Below, piece after piece: positions 10,586 through 19,113 of a DNA stretch of 58,163 bases (its first letter is position 1; each line of letters begins with the position of its first letter). The stretch is from contig CAYVHE010000001.1 of NCBI GenBank assembly GCA_964451085.1, positions 1-58,163 of the forward strand, given 5' to 3'. Both the position numbers and the translations under genes were made by a program. Below the pieces are notes generated by a model. That model was not told where the DNA came from and did not search any database. It saw only the letters and a list, made by a program, of their open reading frames with translations. The DNA is from an uncultured Candidatus Saccharibacteria bacterium. GTDB lineage: Bacteria; Patescibacteriota; Saccharimonadia; Saccharimonadales; SZUA-47.

Positions 10586-12688
10586 ATGAATAAACAAAAT
10601 AATGAAGGCCAAAAAAGGTCTCAAAATAAAACAAAACAACAAGGTATGCAACGTAGAAATAGCAACGATAAACACAATAAGACTACTTCTAAACCGCGAC
10701 CAAAAACTATGGAACAAGCCCGAAGTGCTAGCCGTGGTGAGGCTATACGGGCCCAGAAGAGAGCATTAGAAGATGCTACTCGTTTAGTGGGTAAATACGC
10801 ATCAGCTAACAACGGTGATGAGAATACAAAAAGAGCTAATTTTATCGATAATAGTCCTCGACTAAAGGTCATAGGGTTAGGTGGTATGGATAGTGGTGGT
10901 TCAAAAAACATGATGTTAATTGAGTATGCTAACGACGCAATTGTCATTGACTGTGGTAATGATTTAGGTGTTGATTTACCCGGAATAAATTACGGAATAT
11001 GCGATATTTCATATCTAGAAACTATTAAACATAAAGTAAAAGGATACGTAATTACACATGGTCACTTGGACCATATTGGGGGACTTCCTCATATTGTCAC
11101 AAGAGTTCCTGCACCGATTTACGGAGGTAAATTTACTATTGGTAGAGTTGAGGAAATTTTCAAAAACTTTGGTTTACCAATGCCCGAAGGATTTTCACCC
11201 AAAACAGTAATAATGAACGAGCATACCCACGAAAAGCTTAAATTAGGGGTATTTTTCGTAGAACTTGTTGCTGTTACACACTCAATACCTGGCTCTACTT
11301 GTGTGGTGGTTGATACACCCTCAGGAAGAATAATTAATACAGGTGACTTCAGACTTGACCCTAACCCTTTGGACCACGAGAAGACAGACATGGAAAGACT
11401 AAAACAACTAGGCAAAGAAGGTGTGCTAGCTTTATTCAGCGAGAGTACAACAACCGAGAGACCTGGCCGTACACCAAGTGAGAGTACACTGGAGCAAAGT
11501 TTTGTAGACATTATGCAACAAGCCCCAGGTCGCTTATTTGTAGCCTTGTTCTCAACTAACGTGAATAGAGTTCAGATGATCGTTAATGCTGCAGTTAAAC
11601 ATAATCGTAAGATTGCGCTAGACGGTCGTAGCATGATGAGTACCCTGGAAATGGCAGTTAGACACGGTTTTATGAAGATCCCTAAAGGGACCTTTGTACC
11701 GATAAATAGTGTTGGAAAAATTAATGATTCTGACTTAGTGGTGATGTTGACTGGGTCACAAGGTGAGCCTAACTCTGCATTACAACGTATGGCGGCTGGT
11801 CAGCATAAACATGTAAAACTTAAAGCTCAGGACACTGTAGTTCTTAGTAGTACACCTATCCCAGAATCAGGCAATGACGCATCGATTGGTGTTATGGTAG
11901 ATAACTTGATGCGTATGGGTGTTCATGTATTAAGGCACCAGACAAGAGAATTGGATGGTTGCGGCCCTTTGCACGTCTCCGGACACGCTAGCGTAGAAGA
12001 ATATAGAGATATGATAGATATGATACAGCCAAAATTCTTTATTCCTATTTACGGAAGTTATAGAAGCAAACAAAGGCACATCGAAATTGCAGTAGAAGAG
12101 GGGATTCCAAGAGGAAACACCGTTAATGCTGAAAATGGTCACGTAATAGCTCTTAGTAAGGATAAGATGGAAATTATTGGGGAAGTCCCAACAGGAACTG
12201 CCCTAGTGGATCAATCCGGAGCTTTAGTAAACAGCGTTGTCGTCAAAGACAGGCTAATGCTAGCAGAAGAAGGCTTAGTTACAGTAATTTTAACTATTGA
12301 TAAAAAATCAGGCCAACTATTAACTAGCCCAGACATTATTAGCCGAGGGTTCATTTACATGCGAGACTCAGAAGAACTAATGAACTTATTTAGGTCTGAA
12401 CTTAGAAGAGCTGTGTTGCAACGTTACAAGAGAATAGACTTAGATAGATTTAAAGCGGAGCTAAAAGATTATGTTACTCACTTCTTGTATGAACAAACTC
12501 AGCATAGTCCAATAGTCATACCAGTGGTTAATATAGTTGGTGGGCGTGGTGCTGATAAACCAAATAAAAATGGTAACAAAAAGCAGCCGACTGAAGAAAA
12601 ATCTCCAGAACAAATAGCAAAAGATCAACAGGATAGATTTGCCCAACTTAGACAGCAACTACTGGGCCAGGACGCCAGAACAGATTAG
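10586..12688 (+). CDS. rnj: ribonuclease J with a basic N-terminal extension
   Basis: Metallo-beta-lactamase HGHLDHIGG, beta-CASP region and RNase J C-terminal domain. About 90 aa of Lys/Arg/Asn-rich N-terminal tail. Confidence 0.9.
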   Translation: MNKQNNEGQKRSQNKTKQQGMQRRNSNDKHNKTTSKPRPKTMEQARSASRGEAIRAQKRALEDATRLVGKYASANNGDENTKRANFIDNSPRLKVIGLGGMDSGGSKNMMLIEYANDAIVIDCGNDLGVDLPGINYGICDISYLETIKHKVKGYVITHGHLDHIGGLPHIVTRVPAPIYGGKFTIGRVEEIFKNFGLPMPEGFSPKTVIMNEHTHEKLKLGVFFVELVAVTHSIPGSTCVVVDTPSGRIINTGDFRLDPNPLDHEKTDMERLKQLGKEGVLALFSESTTTERPGRTPSESTLEQSFVDIMQQAPGRLFVALFSTNVNRVQMIVNAAVKHNRKIALDGRSMMSTLEMAVRHGFMKIPKGTFVPINSVGKINDSDLVVMLTGSQGEPNSALQRMAAGQHKHVKLKAQDTVVLSSTPIPESGNDASIGVMVDNLMRMGVHVLRHQTRELDGCGPLHVSGHASVEEYRDMIDMIQPKFFIPIYGSYRSKQRHIEIAVEEGIPRGNTVNAENGHVIALSKDKMEIIGEVPTGTALVDQSGALVNSVVVKDRLMLAEEGLVTVILTIDKKSGQLLTSPDIISRGFIYMRDSEELMNLFRSELRRAVLQRYKRIDLDRFKAELKDYVTHFLYEQTQHSPIVIPVVNIVGGRGADKPNKNGNKKQPTEEKSPEQIAKDQQDRFAQLRQQLLGQDARTD

Positions 12689-12714
12689 AATAGGTTTGTT
12701 TGTTCTCCTGTCCA

Positions 12715-12743
12715 TTGACAAAATGGGTAATCTTTGTTAAAAT
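12715..12743 (+). promoter_or_regulatory. sigma70-type promoter upstream of ftsK
   Basis: TTGACA (12715-12720), a 17-nt spacer, then TAAAAT (12738-12743). A second TATAAT lies nearer the ATG at about 12785. Confidence 0.45.
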
Positions 12744-12808
12744 AACAACACTATTTAATTAGTTTTAACTAGTTTAATTACTGATATAATATATAGTAAT
12801 AATACATT

Positions 12809-15010
12809 ATGGCTAAAAAGAAAAAACGAACTACCAAAAAAAGGGCTTCTAAACGAAAGTCTACCAAGAAGAAAGTAGACCAAGTTCCACGCGAGCCTAA
12901 CATGTTCGTAAGACAGGTAGGCGCAATTCTGTTGTTGGTAGGCGCAGTATTTCTATTATTGGGTGGATTTGGAACTGGCGGTGCACTACCGAAAGGTATG
13001 TTTGACTTTGCCTATTCTACTTTTGGACTTGCTGCATACTTATCTCCCGTAGCTCTAGCTTATTGGGGGGTTCACAAACTTATCGCCGAGGATCACGATT
13101 TAACACCAAGTATTGTTATGAGTATGTTAAGCCTGTTAGTAGTATTAGCTGCTTGGCTACACGTAAGTTTTTCTTCTAAAGACCCAGTAACGCTTGCTAT
13201 ACAAGGGGGTGAAGGTGGACGAATAGGAGATGCCATTGGTGGAGCAGCACTTTCTGCTTTAGATATAGTACCTGCCAGCATACTTTTTGCTGTATTGGTA
13301 TTTTTGGTGACTAGTTGGACTTTTAATATACCTTTGAGAGTGTTCTTAAAGCCGTTTAAGCGTAAAAGCCCTAATAGCAATGATACGGATCTCGGGGAGC
13401 TAAAACAAAACCCAAAGCACGAGTTTAAGCTTAATGAAGGCGTACCAGTAGAACATAATTCGGGTAAAAAATCTTTAAAAAACAGTGTAGATAATAAACT
13501 AAGCACAAAAGAAAACCACGAAGCTCTAACAGAGGCTAAAGACCCAAATTGGCATTTTCCGACACTAGACTTGCTGTCAGCGAAAGAAGATACTGCCGAT
13601 CCAGGAGATGTGAATGCAAATGCAGATACGATTAAAGATACTTTTTCTAACTTCAACATCAATGTAGAGATGACCGGAGCTAATGTAGGTCCTAGGGTAA
13701 CTCAATATACGCTAAGGCCACCCTCTAATACAAAACTTAGTAAAATTGCGGCATTAGACAAGGAACTATCACTTAATCTAGCAGCTCAAAGTATACGTAT
13801 TGAGGCACCTATCCCTGGCAAACGTGCAGTGGGTATAGAGGTTCCAAACGTGAAGGCTGCAACTGTGAAGATCGGTGGAGTATTTAAGGATAAAGAATGG
13901 AAGAGTCATATAGGTTCATTAAATTTTGTCATAGGACGTGACATAGCTGGGCTACCTGTTGTCGCTTCTTTAGATAAGATGCCTCACTTGCTGATAGCAG
14001 GGCAGACTGGTTCTGGTAAATCGGTCATGATAAACACTGTGCTAGCAAGCTTATTATTTAAAAATAGTCCATCTGATTTGAAGCTGATATTAGTTGACCC
14101 AAAACAGGTTGAGCTAACTCCATATAATGAGATCCCTCATTTATTAACACCTGTAATTACAGAGCCCGAAAAGTGCATTAGTGCATTGAAGTGGGCTGTA
14201 TCAGAGATGGATAGACGGCTTAAAGCTTTTTCTGGCGAAAAAAAGAGGAGTATTGATGAATATAATGCATTACCCGATAAGGATTCTATGCCTTATATAG
14301 TAATAGTAATAGACGAATTAGCTGATTTAATGATGATGGCTGCTAGAGACGTTGAAGCACTGATAGTACGTATTGCTCAAAAAGCACGCGCGGCTGGTAT
14401 TCATCTCGTGCTTGCTACTCAAAGACCTAGCGTTGACGTAATTACGGGTCTTATTAAAGCTAACGTGCCTGCAAGAATAGCATTTACAGTAACCTCACAA
14501 GTAGACAGCAGGACAATTATAGATGGAATTGGTGCTGAAAAATTACTTGGGACTGGTGATATGCTATTTACTAATGCAACTATGCCAAAACCTAGGCGTA
14601 TTCAAGGTGCTCTAATTACAGAAAGAGAAACCGCAAAAGTTAATGATTTCCTAAAAACTCAACGCCCTCCACAATATGACGATGAGGTAGTAAGCCAGCC
14701 GGTACACCTAAATGGGAAAGGCGGCCTAGTGGTTGAAAGCTCCAGAGAAGACGTGGATGATGACTTATGGGAAGATGCTGTCCGTGTAATAGTAGACAAC
14801 AACAAAGCAAGTACAAGTCTACTTCAAAGAAAATTACGCATCGGCTACGGGCGAGCCTCTAGACTTATTGATCGAATGGAAGAGCAAGGCATTGTAAGTC
14901 AAGCGGATGGGTCTAAACCCAGAAACGTTTTAGTAAATTCTATGTCTGATGTATTTGGCGGTAGTTCTCCCGTTGAGCAGGACGAAGAAGCAGCTTTAGA
15001 CGAGCTGTAA
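12809..15010 (+). CDS. ftsK: DNA translocase FtsK/SpoIIIE
   Basis: N-terminal TM helices, Walker A GQTGSGKS, Walker B IVIVIDELADL, and a C-terminal gamma wHTH (LLQRKLRIGYGRASRLID). Confidence 0.92.
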   Translation: MAKKKKRTTKKRASKRKSTKKKVDQVPREPNMFVRQVGAILLLVGAVFLLLGGFGTGGALPKGMFDFAYSTFGLAAYLSPVALAYWGVHKLIAEDHDLTPSIVMSMLSLLVVLAAWLHVSFSSKDPVTLAIQGGEGGRIGDAIGGAALSALDIVPASILFAVLVFLVTSWTFNIPLRVFLKPFKRKSPNSNDTDLGELKQNPKHEFKLNEGVPVEHNSGKKSLKNSVDNKLSTKENHEALTEAKDPNWHFPTLDLLSAKEDTADPGDVNANADTIKDTFSNFNINVEMTGANVGPRVTQYTLRPPSNTKLSKIAALDKELSLNLAAQSIRIEAPIPGKRAVGIEVPNVKAATVKIGGVFKDKEWKSHIGSLNFVIGRDIAGLPVVASLDKMPHLLIAGQTGSGKSVMINTVLASLLFKNSPSDLKLILVDPKQVELTPYNEIPHLLTPVITEPEKCISALKWAVSEMDRRLKAFSGEKKRSIDEYNALPDKDSMPYIVIVIDELADLMMMAARDVEALIVRIAQKARAAGIHLVLATQRPSVDVITGLIKANVPARIAFTVTSQVDSRTIIDGIGAEKLLGTGDMLFTNATMPKPRRIQGALITERETAKVNDFLKTQRPPQYDDEVVSQPVHLNGKGGLVVESSREDVDDDLWEDAVRVIVDNNKASTSLLQRKLRIGYGRASRLIDRMEEQGIVSQADGSKPRNVLVNSMSDVFGGSSPVEQDEEAALDEL

Positions 15011-15057
15011 TAATTTGAGTAGTTTAATAGGTTCTGTTATAATAACTGCAATATAAA

Positions 15058-15092
15058 TTTTTGCTTACAGCTCTTAGGTATGTAAGCAAAAA
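15058..15092. terminator. bidirectional intrinsic terminator after ftsK
   Basis: TTTTTGCTTACA / TGTAAGCAAAAA forms a 12-bp stem with an 11-nt loop, with A/T runs on both sides. Confidence 0.6.
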
Positions 15093-15142
15093 GTCTGGTA
15101 ACTTAAAAAAATACTAGGCTTAAGCCAAAGAAAGGATAATGT

Positions 15143-15532
15143 GTGGAACAGTACGAATTAGCTGTGTTATTTCATCCTGATCTAGAAATAGATCTTGAAA
15201 AAGCTGAGCAAAAAATAGCAAAACTAGTTAAAGACGTTGATGGTGAAATAACAGCAACAGACAATTGGGGTAAACGTAAACTAGCATATAAAATTAGCGG
15301 CCACGAACATGCTGTATACGTTTTTTATACGCTTAACTTACCGTCCAAGGGTGTTCAGCCCTTGAACAATACGTTAAATATAACCGACGAAGTGTTGCGT
15401 TTTTTGATTACAAAGCCCGACCTAAAAGCTATAGCAAAAGCTGAAGCTATGAAGATTAGTCGTGATAAGCGTGTTGAGCAAGCTGGAAACAGCTCTGATC
15501 GAGACTCCAGTGATAACAGAGACAAAGAATAG
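15143..15532 (+). CDS. rpsF: 30S ribosomal protein S6
   Basis: GTG start. YELAVLFHPDL...WGKRKLAYKI...YVFY is canonical S6, with an acidic/Ser-rich tail. Confidence 0.85.
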   Translation: MEQYELAVLFHPDLEIDLEKAEQKIAKLVKDVDGEITATDNWGKRKLAYKISGHEHAVYVFYTLNLPSKGVQPLNNTLNITDEVLRFLITKPDLKAIAKAEAMKISRDKRVEQAGNSSDRDSSDNRDKE

Positions 15533-15565
15533 TAAATATTTTTTTAAGGAAGGGAGTAAAAAGAG

Positions 15566-16045
15566 ATGGCAAAAGGATTTAATAAAGTAGTTCTTATGGG
15601 GAATCTTACCAGAGACCCTGAGCTAAGAAGTACGCCGAGTGGACAAAGTGTAGCTGCATTTTCACTTGCGGTTAATAGAACTTGGAAGAATGCTAACGGT
15701 GAGCAACAAGAAGCAGTCGATTATATAGACTGTAATGCTTGGGGTAAAGCTGGCGAAATCATAACTCAGTATATGCAGAAGGGTCGTTCTTTACTTGTGT
15801 CAGGACGTTTAACGCAACGCTCTTGGGAGCAAGATGGTCAAAAACGCTCAAAAGTAGAAGTTGTTGTCGAAGATTTTAATTTTATTGGTAGCGGTGGTGA
15901 CAGACCCCAATCAGCTAATCAAGATAGCGTCGAGAAGCCAGTTGCTAAGAAAGCAACAAGTAGTAGTGCTACCAAGAAGAAAGAAGAGTCTAATAGCGAC
16001 GATGTGGGGAATGAGCCTATTAACCTAGACGACATCCCTTTCTAG
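15566..16045 (+). CDS. ssb: single-stranded DNA-binding protein
   Basis: OB fold (NKVVLMGNLTRDPELR...), a flexible linker, and the canonical acidic tip ending DDIPF. Confidence 0.92.
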   Translation: MAKGFNKVVLMGNLTRDPELRSTPSGQSVAAFSLAVNRTWKNANGEQQEAVDYIDCNAWGKAGEIITQYMQKGRSLLVSGRLTQRSWEQDGQKRSKVEVVVEDFNFIGSGGDRPQSANQDSVEKPVAKKATSSSATKKKEESNSDDVGNEPINLDDIPF

Positions 16046-16192
16046 AACATTCACAACATAACTCTTTGCAGCCTGGCCGAGCCAGACTCGCCAGAGTTAC
16101 TCCTGGCGGATTGCCGGAAGAGTAGCCTTGCGAGGCAAAGCTTCACCGTATGTAAATACGGTTTGCTTCACTTCGCAGCTTCTTTCCAGCAC

Positions 16193-16219
16193 TCCATCCA
16201 GCTATGAAGTCCTAGAAAC
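16193..16219. repeat. 27-nt direct repeat, copy 1 (TCCATCCAGCTATGAAGTCCTAGAAAC)
   Basis: 26/27 identical to copy 2, which lies 99 bp downstream. Confidence 0.85.
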
Positions 16220-16291
16220 GAGACTAGTAAAATGTAGATAAGGGCGTGGGGCTGCTCTTCCTGAGCTACATAGCTCGAGAGTAGAGAGTAT

Positions 16292-16318
16292 TCCATCCAG
16301 CTGTGAAGTCCTAGAAAC
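16292..16318. repeat. 27-nt direct repeat, copy 2 (TCCATCCAGCTGTGAAGTCCTAGAAAC)
   Basis: 26/27 identical to copy 1. Confidence 0.85.
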
Positions 16319-16397
16319 CAGGTAGCTAATTTTGTGGAGTAACAGCCCAAATGTTAAAAATCGTTAATAACTAAATAAGGTCAAGACAGAATAAAAG

Positions 16398-16712
16398 ATG
16401 GATATATTAACATCAGAAGAGGCCAAAAGGATAGAACTATCTTGGAACCCGTTCAGGAGGTCTAAGCAATTAAGAGAACTAGCTGCACCAGTGGGTGGAT
16501 TGGCTCTTAACCATGGTTCTATCTCAGGGGCGGTTGGGATTCCAACCAGGCGTGGATTAGTTAGCGAATTAAGCCGACATGAGTACGATAAAGGTGTGGC
16601 ACAGACTGCAACTGACTATGGAATTCAGGATGAGCGTGTTGCTAAACTAGTATATGAGAATCCTAGATATCAAGACATATTAAATGATGTAAGACCTGGA
16701 TCTACCTCATAA
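16398..16712 (+). CDS. hypothetical protein inserted between ssb and rpsR
   Basis: 104-aa ORF with no clear SD and no recognisable family. Whether it is coding is uncertain. Confidence 0.3.
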   Translation: MDILTSEEAKRIELSWNPFRRSKQLRELAAPVGGLALNHGSISGAVGIPTRRGLVSELSRHEYDKGVAQTATDYGIQDERVAKLVYENPRYQDILNDVRPGSTS

Positions 16713-16773
16713 AAATAGAGTATAAGCTAATAACAGATAAGTATTAACAATTAAATAAGAAAGGAAATGATAA

Positions 16774-16974
16774 ATGGCTAAAATTTTTAAACACAAGACA
16801 GACATACCGTACTTTGACTACAAGGATTTCAAAACCCTTCAAAAGTATGTTAATCACTATGGGCAAATAGAACCTAGGAGTAAAACCGGGTTAACTGAAA
16901 GCAAACAGCGCCAACTAGCAAAAGCAATTAAGCGTGCTAGGCACCTAGCTTTGCTTCAATTTGTTAATAACTAG
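16774..16974 (+). CDS. rpsR: 30S ribosomal protein S18
   Basis: 66 aa with YFDYKD...[18 protein letters not shown], a canonical S18 sequence. Confidence 0.9.
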   Translation: MAKIFKHKTDIPYFDYKDFKTLQKYVNHYGQIEPRSKTGLTESKQRQLAKAIKRARHLALLQFVNN

Positions 16975-16985
16975 GAGATTTTTGA

Positions 16986-17549
16986 ATGGCACTTTCACCA
17001 ACCGATCTAAAAAAAGGACAAGTCTTCTCGTTGGATGAGGTCCCGTATATTGTCGTAGAATACGCCCAGAAAGTCATGGGCAGAGGAGGCAGCATTGTAA
17101 ATGTTAAAGTCAAAAGCTTGCTTGACGGAAGATTACTGGCAAAAACGTTCAAAGGAAATGAACAGCTAGACAACGTTGACCTAACGTACTCCAATGCTCA
17201 ATATCTTTATAATGATGGTAAAACCTACTTTTTTATGGATAATGAGTCTTATGAGCAGATTGAGTTTTCAGAATCCTTAGTTTCAACTAATGCCGGGTTT
17301 CTTCAGGAAGGTGACATAGTAAAAATTATGCGGCTTGACGCAAAACCAATAAGTATTGAGTTACCAAAGAATGTCTATCTGACGGTTGAATATACCGAAG
17401 ATGTTGTTAAGGGTGACACTACAAGTAATGTAATGAAAGACGCTAAAATGAATACGGGACTTATCGTTAAAGTTCCAGCATTCATAAAGATAAAAGACAT
17501 TATTTCTGTAGACACAGAGACAGGGTCTTACAGAGAAAGAAAAAAGTAA
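16986..17549 (+). CDS. efp: elongation factor P (Arg at the loop tip)
   Basis: Aligns along its full length to EF-P. The loop VMGRGGS aligns with E. coli KPGKGQA, putting Arg33 (AGA, 17082-17084) at the Lys34 position. Confidence 0.9.
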   Translation: MALSPTDLKKGQVFSLDEVPYIVVEYAQKVMGRGGSIVNVKVKSLLDGRLLAKTFKGNEQLDNVDLTYSNAQYLYNDGKTYFFMDNESYEQIEFSESLVSTNAGFLQEGDIVKIMRLDAKPISIELPKNVYLTVEYTEDVVKGDTTSNVMKDAKMNTGLIVKVPAFIKIKDIISVDTETGSYRERKK

Positions 17550-17577
17550 CCCATAAAATTAAGACTGGGGTATTGTT

Positions 17578-18333
17578 ATGAAAAGACGATTAGACTCAGA
17601 AATATGTGAGAGAAAAATAACAACTTCACGTAGCCAGGCTGAAAATTATATAAAACTCGGACTCGTAACTGTTAACGGAAAAACTATAAAAAAGAGCAGC
17701 TACATGGTAGCAAGCAGTGCTGAAATTTCGTTGGTTTCTGAACAATATGTCTCTCGGGCGGCTTTAAAGCTTGCCTCTATTGCTGACCAATTTAAATTAC
17801 GCTTTGACGGTAGTACAGTGTTAGACATAGGCAGTAGTACGGGTGGATTTACGGATTTTTCTCTCCGACATGGGGCTAATAAAGTGATTGCCGTCGATGT
17901 AGGAACCGATCAGTTACATCCGTCACTTAGGCAGGATAAACGGATAGAACTTTACGAAAAAACCGATATTCGCAATGTCGTGCTGTCATCCAGTAATAGC
18001 GTAGAGGCTAAAGGCACCACTATAATTAGTTCTGTGCCAGAATTGTTGCTAGCAGATGTTAGCTTTATTAGCCTAACAAAAATCTTGCCTCACGTTAGAA
18101 TGTTAATGTCTAGTAAATCCATTCTTATTGCTATGTGTAAACCACAGTTTGAAGCCGGCAAGGACCAAATAAACAAAGGGGTAGTTAAAAACGGTACCAT
18201 CAGGCGTAAAATTCTAAAAAACTTTGAAGCATGGTTACGCAATAATAATTATAGGGTTTTAGACAAGGCCGACTCTCATATTGCGGGTACTCACGGCAAT
18301 GTAGAACGATTCTATAAACTTAAAAAAATCTAG
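17578..18333 (+). CDS. tlyA: TlyA-family rRNA 2'-O-methyltransferase
   Basis: N-terminal S4 domain (RLD...SRSQAENYIKLGLVTVNGK) plus an FtsJ-type SAM motif LDIGSSTGGFTD. Confidence 0.85.
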   Translation: MKRRLDSEICERKITTSRSQAENYIKLGLVTVNGKTIKKSSYMVASSAEISLVSEQYVSRAALKLASIADQFKLRFDGSTVLDIGSSTGGFTDFSLRHGANKVIAVDVGTDQLHPSLRQDKRIELYEKTDIRNVVLSSSNSVEAKGTTIISSVPELLLADVSFISLTKILPHVRMLMSSKSILIAMCKPQFEAGKDQINKGVVKNGTIRRKILKNFEAWLRNNNYRVLDKADSHIAGTHGNVERFYKLKKI

Positions 18334-18977
18334 AGCAGCTTTTTCATCGCATCGATGTCTTTTATTGCTATATGATTGTTTACAGTTGTTACTAGACCTC
18401 TTTTTTTCAAAACACTCAGCTCTCTAGAAGTTGTTTCCCTAGTCGCGTTAACTGAGCTAGCTATATCAGTTTGCCGGAAGGGAGCAACTAATTCTATTAA
18501 GCCATTTTTTTCAACACCAAAACGAGTTGAAGTAGCTATCAAAAAGGACATAATACGTTCTCTTGCAGTGCGATAGCTCAGAGTCATTACTCTTTCAGAG
18601 TGCAGCCTATAAGCATCTATGGCCATATCTAGGATTATGGGCAGGGCGTCTTTATGCTTATCTAAAAATTCCAAGTAGTCCATTTTAGAGACACGCCAAA
18701 GTGATGTTTCTTCCATTGCCTCATATGTTACGTTACGGTGTTCTCCCGTAAAAGCCCATATTAAAGGAAAAACCCCACCAGGTCCTCTAACGAGAAGCAG
18801 GTTTTCTTCGCCATATTTAGTAATAACGTAAGCCTTTATGAATCCCCACTCTATTAAAAAAATACCGTTTGGGTCATCCTGGGGCCTAATGATGGCTTCT
18901 CCTTTTTTATACTGAAGCCGTGTGTGAGCATGAAAGAAAGCTCGCAGTTTTTCGCGTTGTAGGTTTTGGCTTGCCAT
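18330..18977 (-). CDS. Crp/Fnr-family transcriptional regulator
   Basis: cNMP-binding beta-roll plus a C-terminal HTH with RETTSRELSVLKKRGLV. This has the R-E-x-x-x-R pattern of the CRP recognition helix. Confidence 0.85.
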   Translation of the reverse strand: MASQNLQREKLRAFFHAHTRLQYKKGEAIIRPQDDPNGIFLIEWGFIKAYVITKYGEENLLLVRGPGGVFPLIWAFTGEHRNVTYEAMEETSLWRVSKMDYLEFLDKHKDALPIILDMAIDAYRLHSERVMTLSYRTARERIMSFLIATSTRFGVEKNGLIELVAPFRQTDIASSVNATRETTSRELSVLKKRGLVTTVNNHIAIKDIDAMKKLL

Positions 18978-19013
18978 ACTTACATTGTTTCAATATCACA
19001 CAATAAATGCAAG

Positions 19014-19029
19014 TGTGACGAGAATCACG
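19014..19029. promoter_or_regulatory. CRP-type operator TGTGA-N6-TCACG
   Basis: TGTGACGAGAATCACG lies in the divergent region between the crp-like gene and ORF 19114. Extra AATATCACA half-site copies occur at 18992-19000 and 19092-19100. Confidence 0.5.
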
Positions 19030-19113
19030 TTACTATGGTGAGCATATTTACTGCAATACATTCCCATTAGGTATTTAATTAAAGTAGTTCTAATATCACA
19101 GGAGAATGGGGCG

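Larger units (their letters stand above)
16064..16348. ncRNA. candidate structured RNA of unknown class (GC-rich hairpin cluster)
   Basis: GC is clearly above the local background. Consecutive perfect hairpins occur at 16073-16085, 16089-16108, 16125-16136, 16145-16162 (7 bp with a GTAA loop) and 16263-16276. There is long-range complementarity between GGGCTG (16249-54) and CAGCCC (16343-48). No ORF on the + strand. The strand is not determined. Confidence 0.3.

Noticed and set aside
13093-13662. Long antisense or nested ORFs inside larger genes. Examples: 13093-13662, 36433-36918, 11119-11511, 31996-32373, 45138-45503, 57134-57553, 5503-6013 and 9158-9703.
   Set aside because: Each lies entirely within a confidently identified gene on the opposite strand or frame. 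They have low-complexity or unrecognisable sequences and no SD, which is typical of shadow ORFs.
16111-16128. SRP RNA domain IV-like string CCGGAAGAGTAGCC, compared with CCGGAAGGAAGCAGCC.
   Set aside because: The flanking bases cannot form the helix 8 stem around a GGAA tetraloop, and the AGCA symmetric loop is not reproduced.
16138-16170. Group II intron domain V-like hairpin (AAGC...ACCGTAT-GTAA-ATACGGT...GCTT).
   Set aside because: The asymmetric bulge is on the wrong strand, the length does not fit the 34-nt D5, and there is no RT/maturase and no other intron domains.
16201-16222. Hammerhead-like core (CTATGAAG...GAAAC, with CTGTGAAG...GAAAC in copy 2).
   Set aside because: It deviates from CUGAUGA, and no stem II can form between the two boxes.
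16193-16318. Possible mini-CRISPR array. The reverse complement of the 27-nt repeat starts GTTTC.
   Set aside because: There are only two copies, the intervening segment is 72 nt (far longer than a spacer), no cas genes are present, and the repeats sit inside a larger structured region.
16168-16350. 60-aa minus-strand ORF with an internal FLGLHSWME duplication.
   Set aside because: The duplication is simply the 27-nt DNA repeat translated. There is no SD, and the ORF lies inside GC-rich hairpin DNA, so it is most likely spurious.
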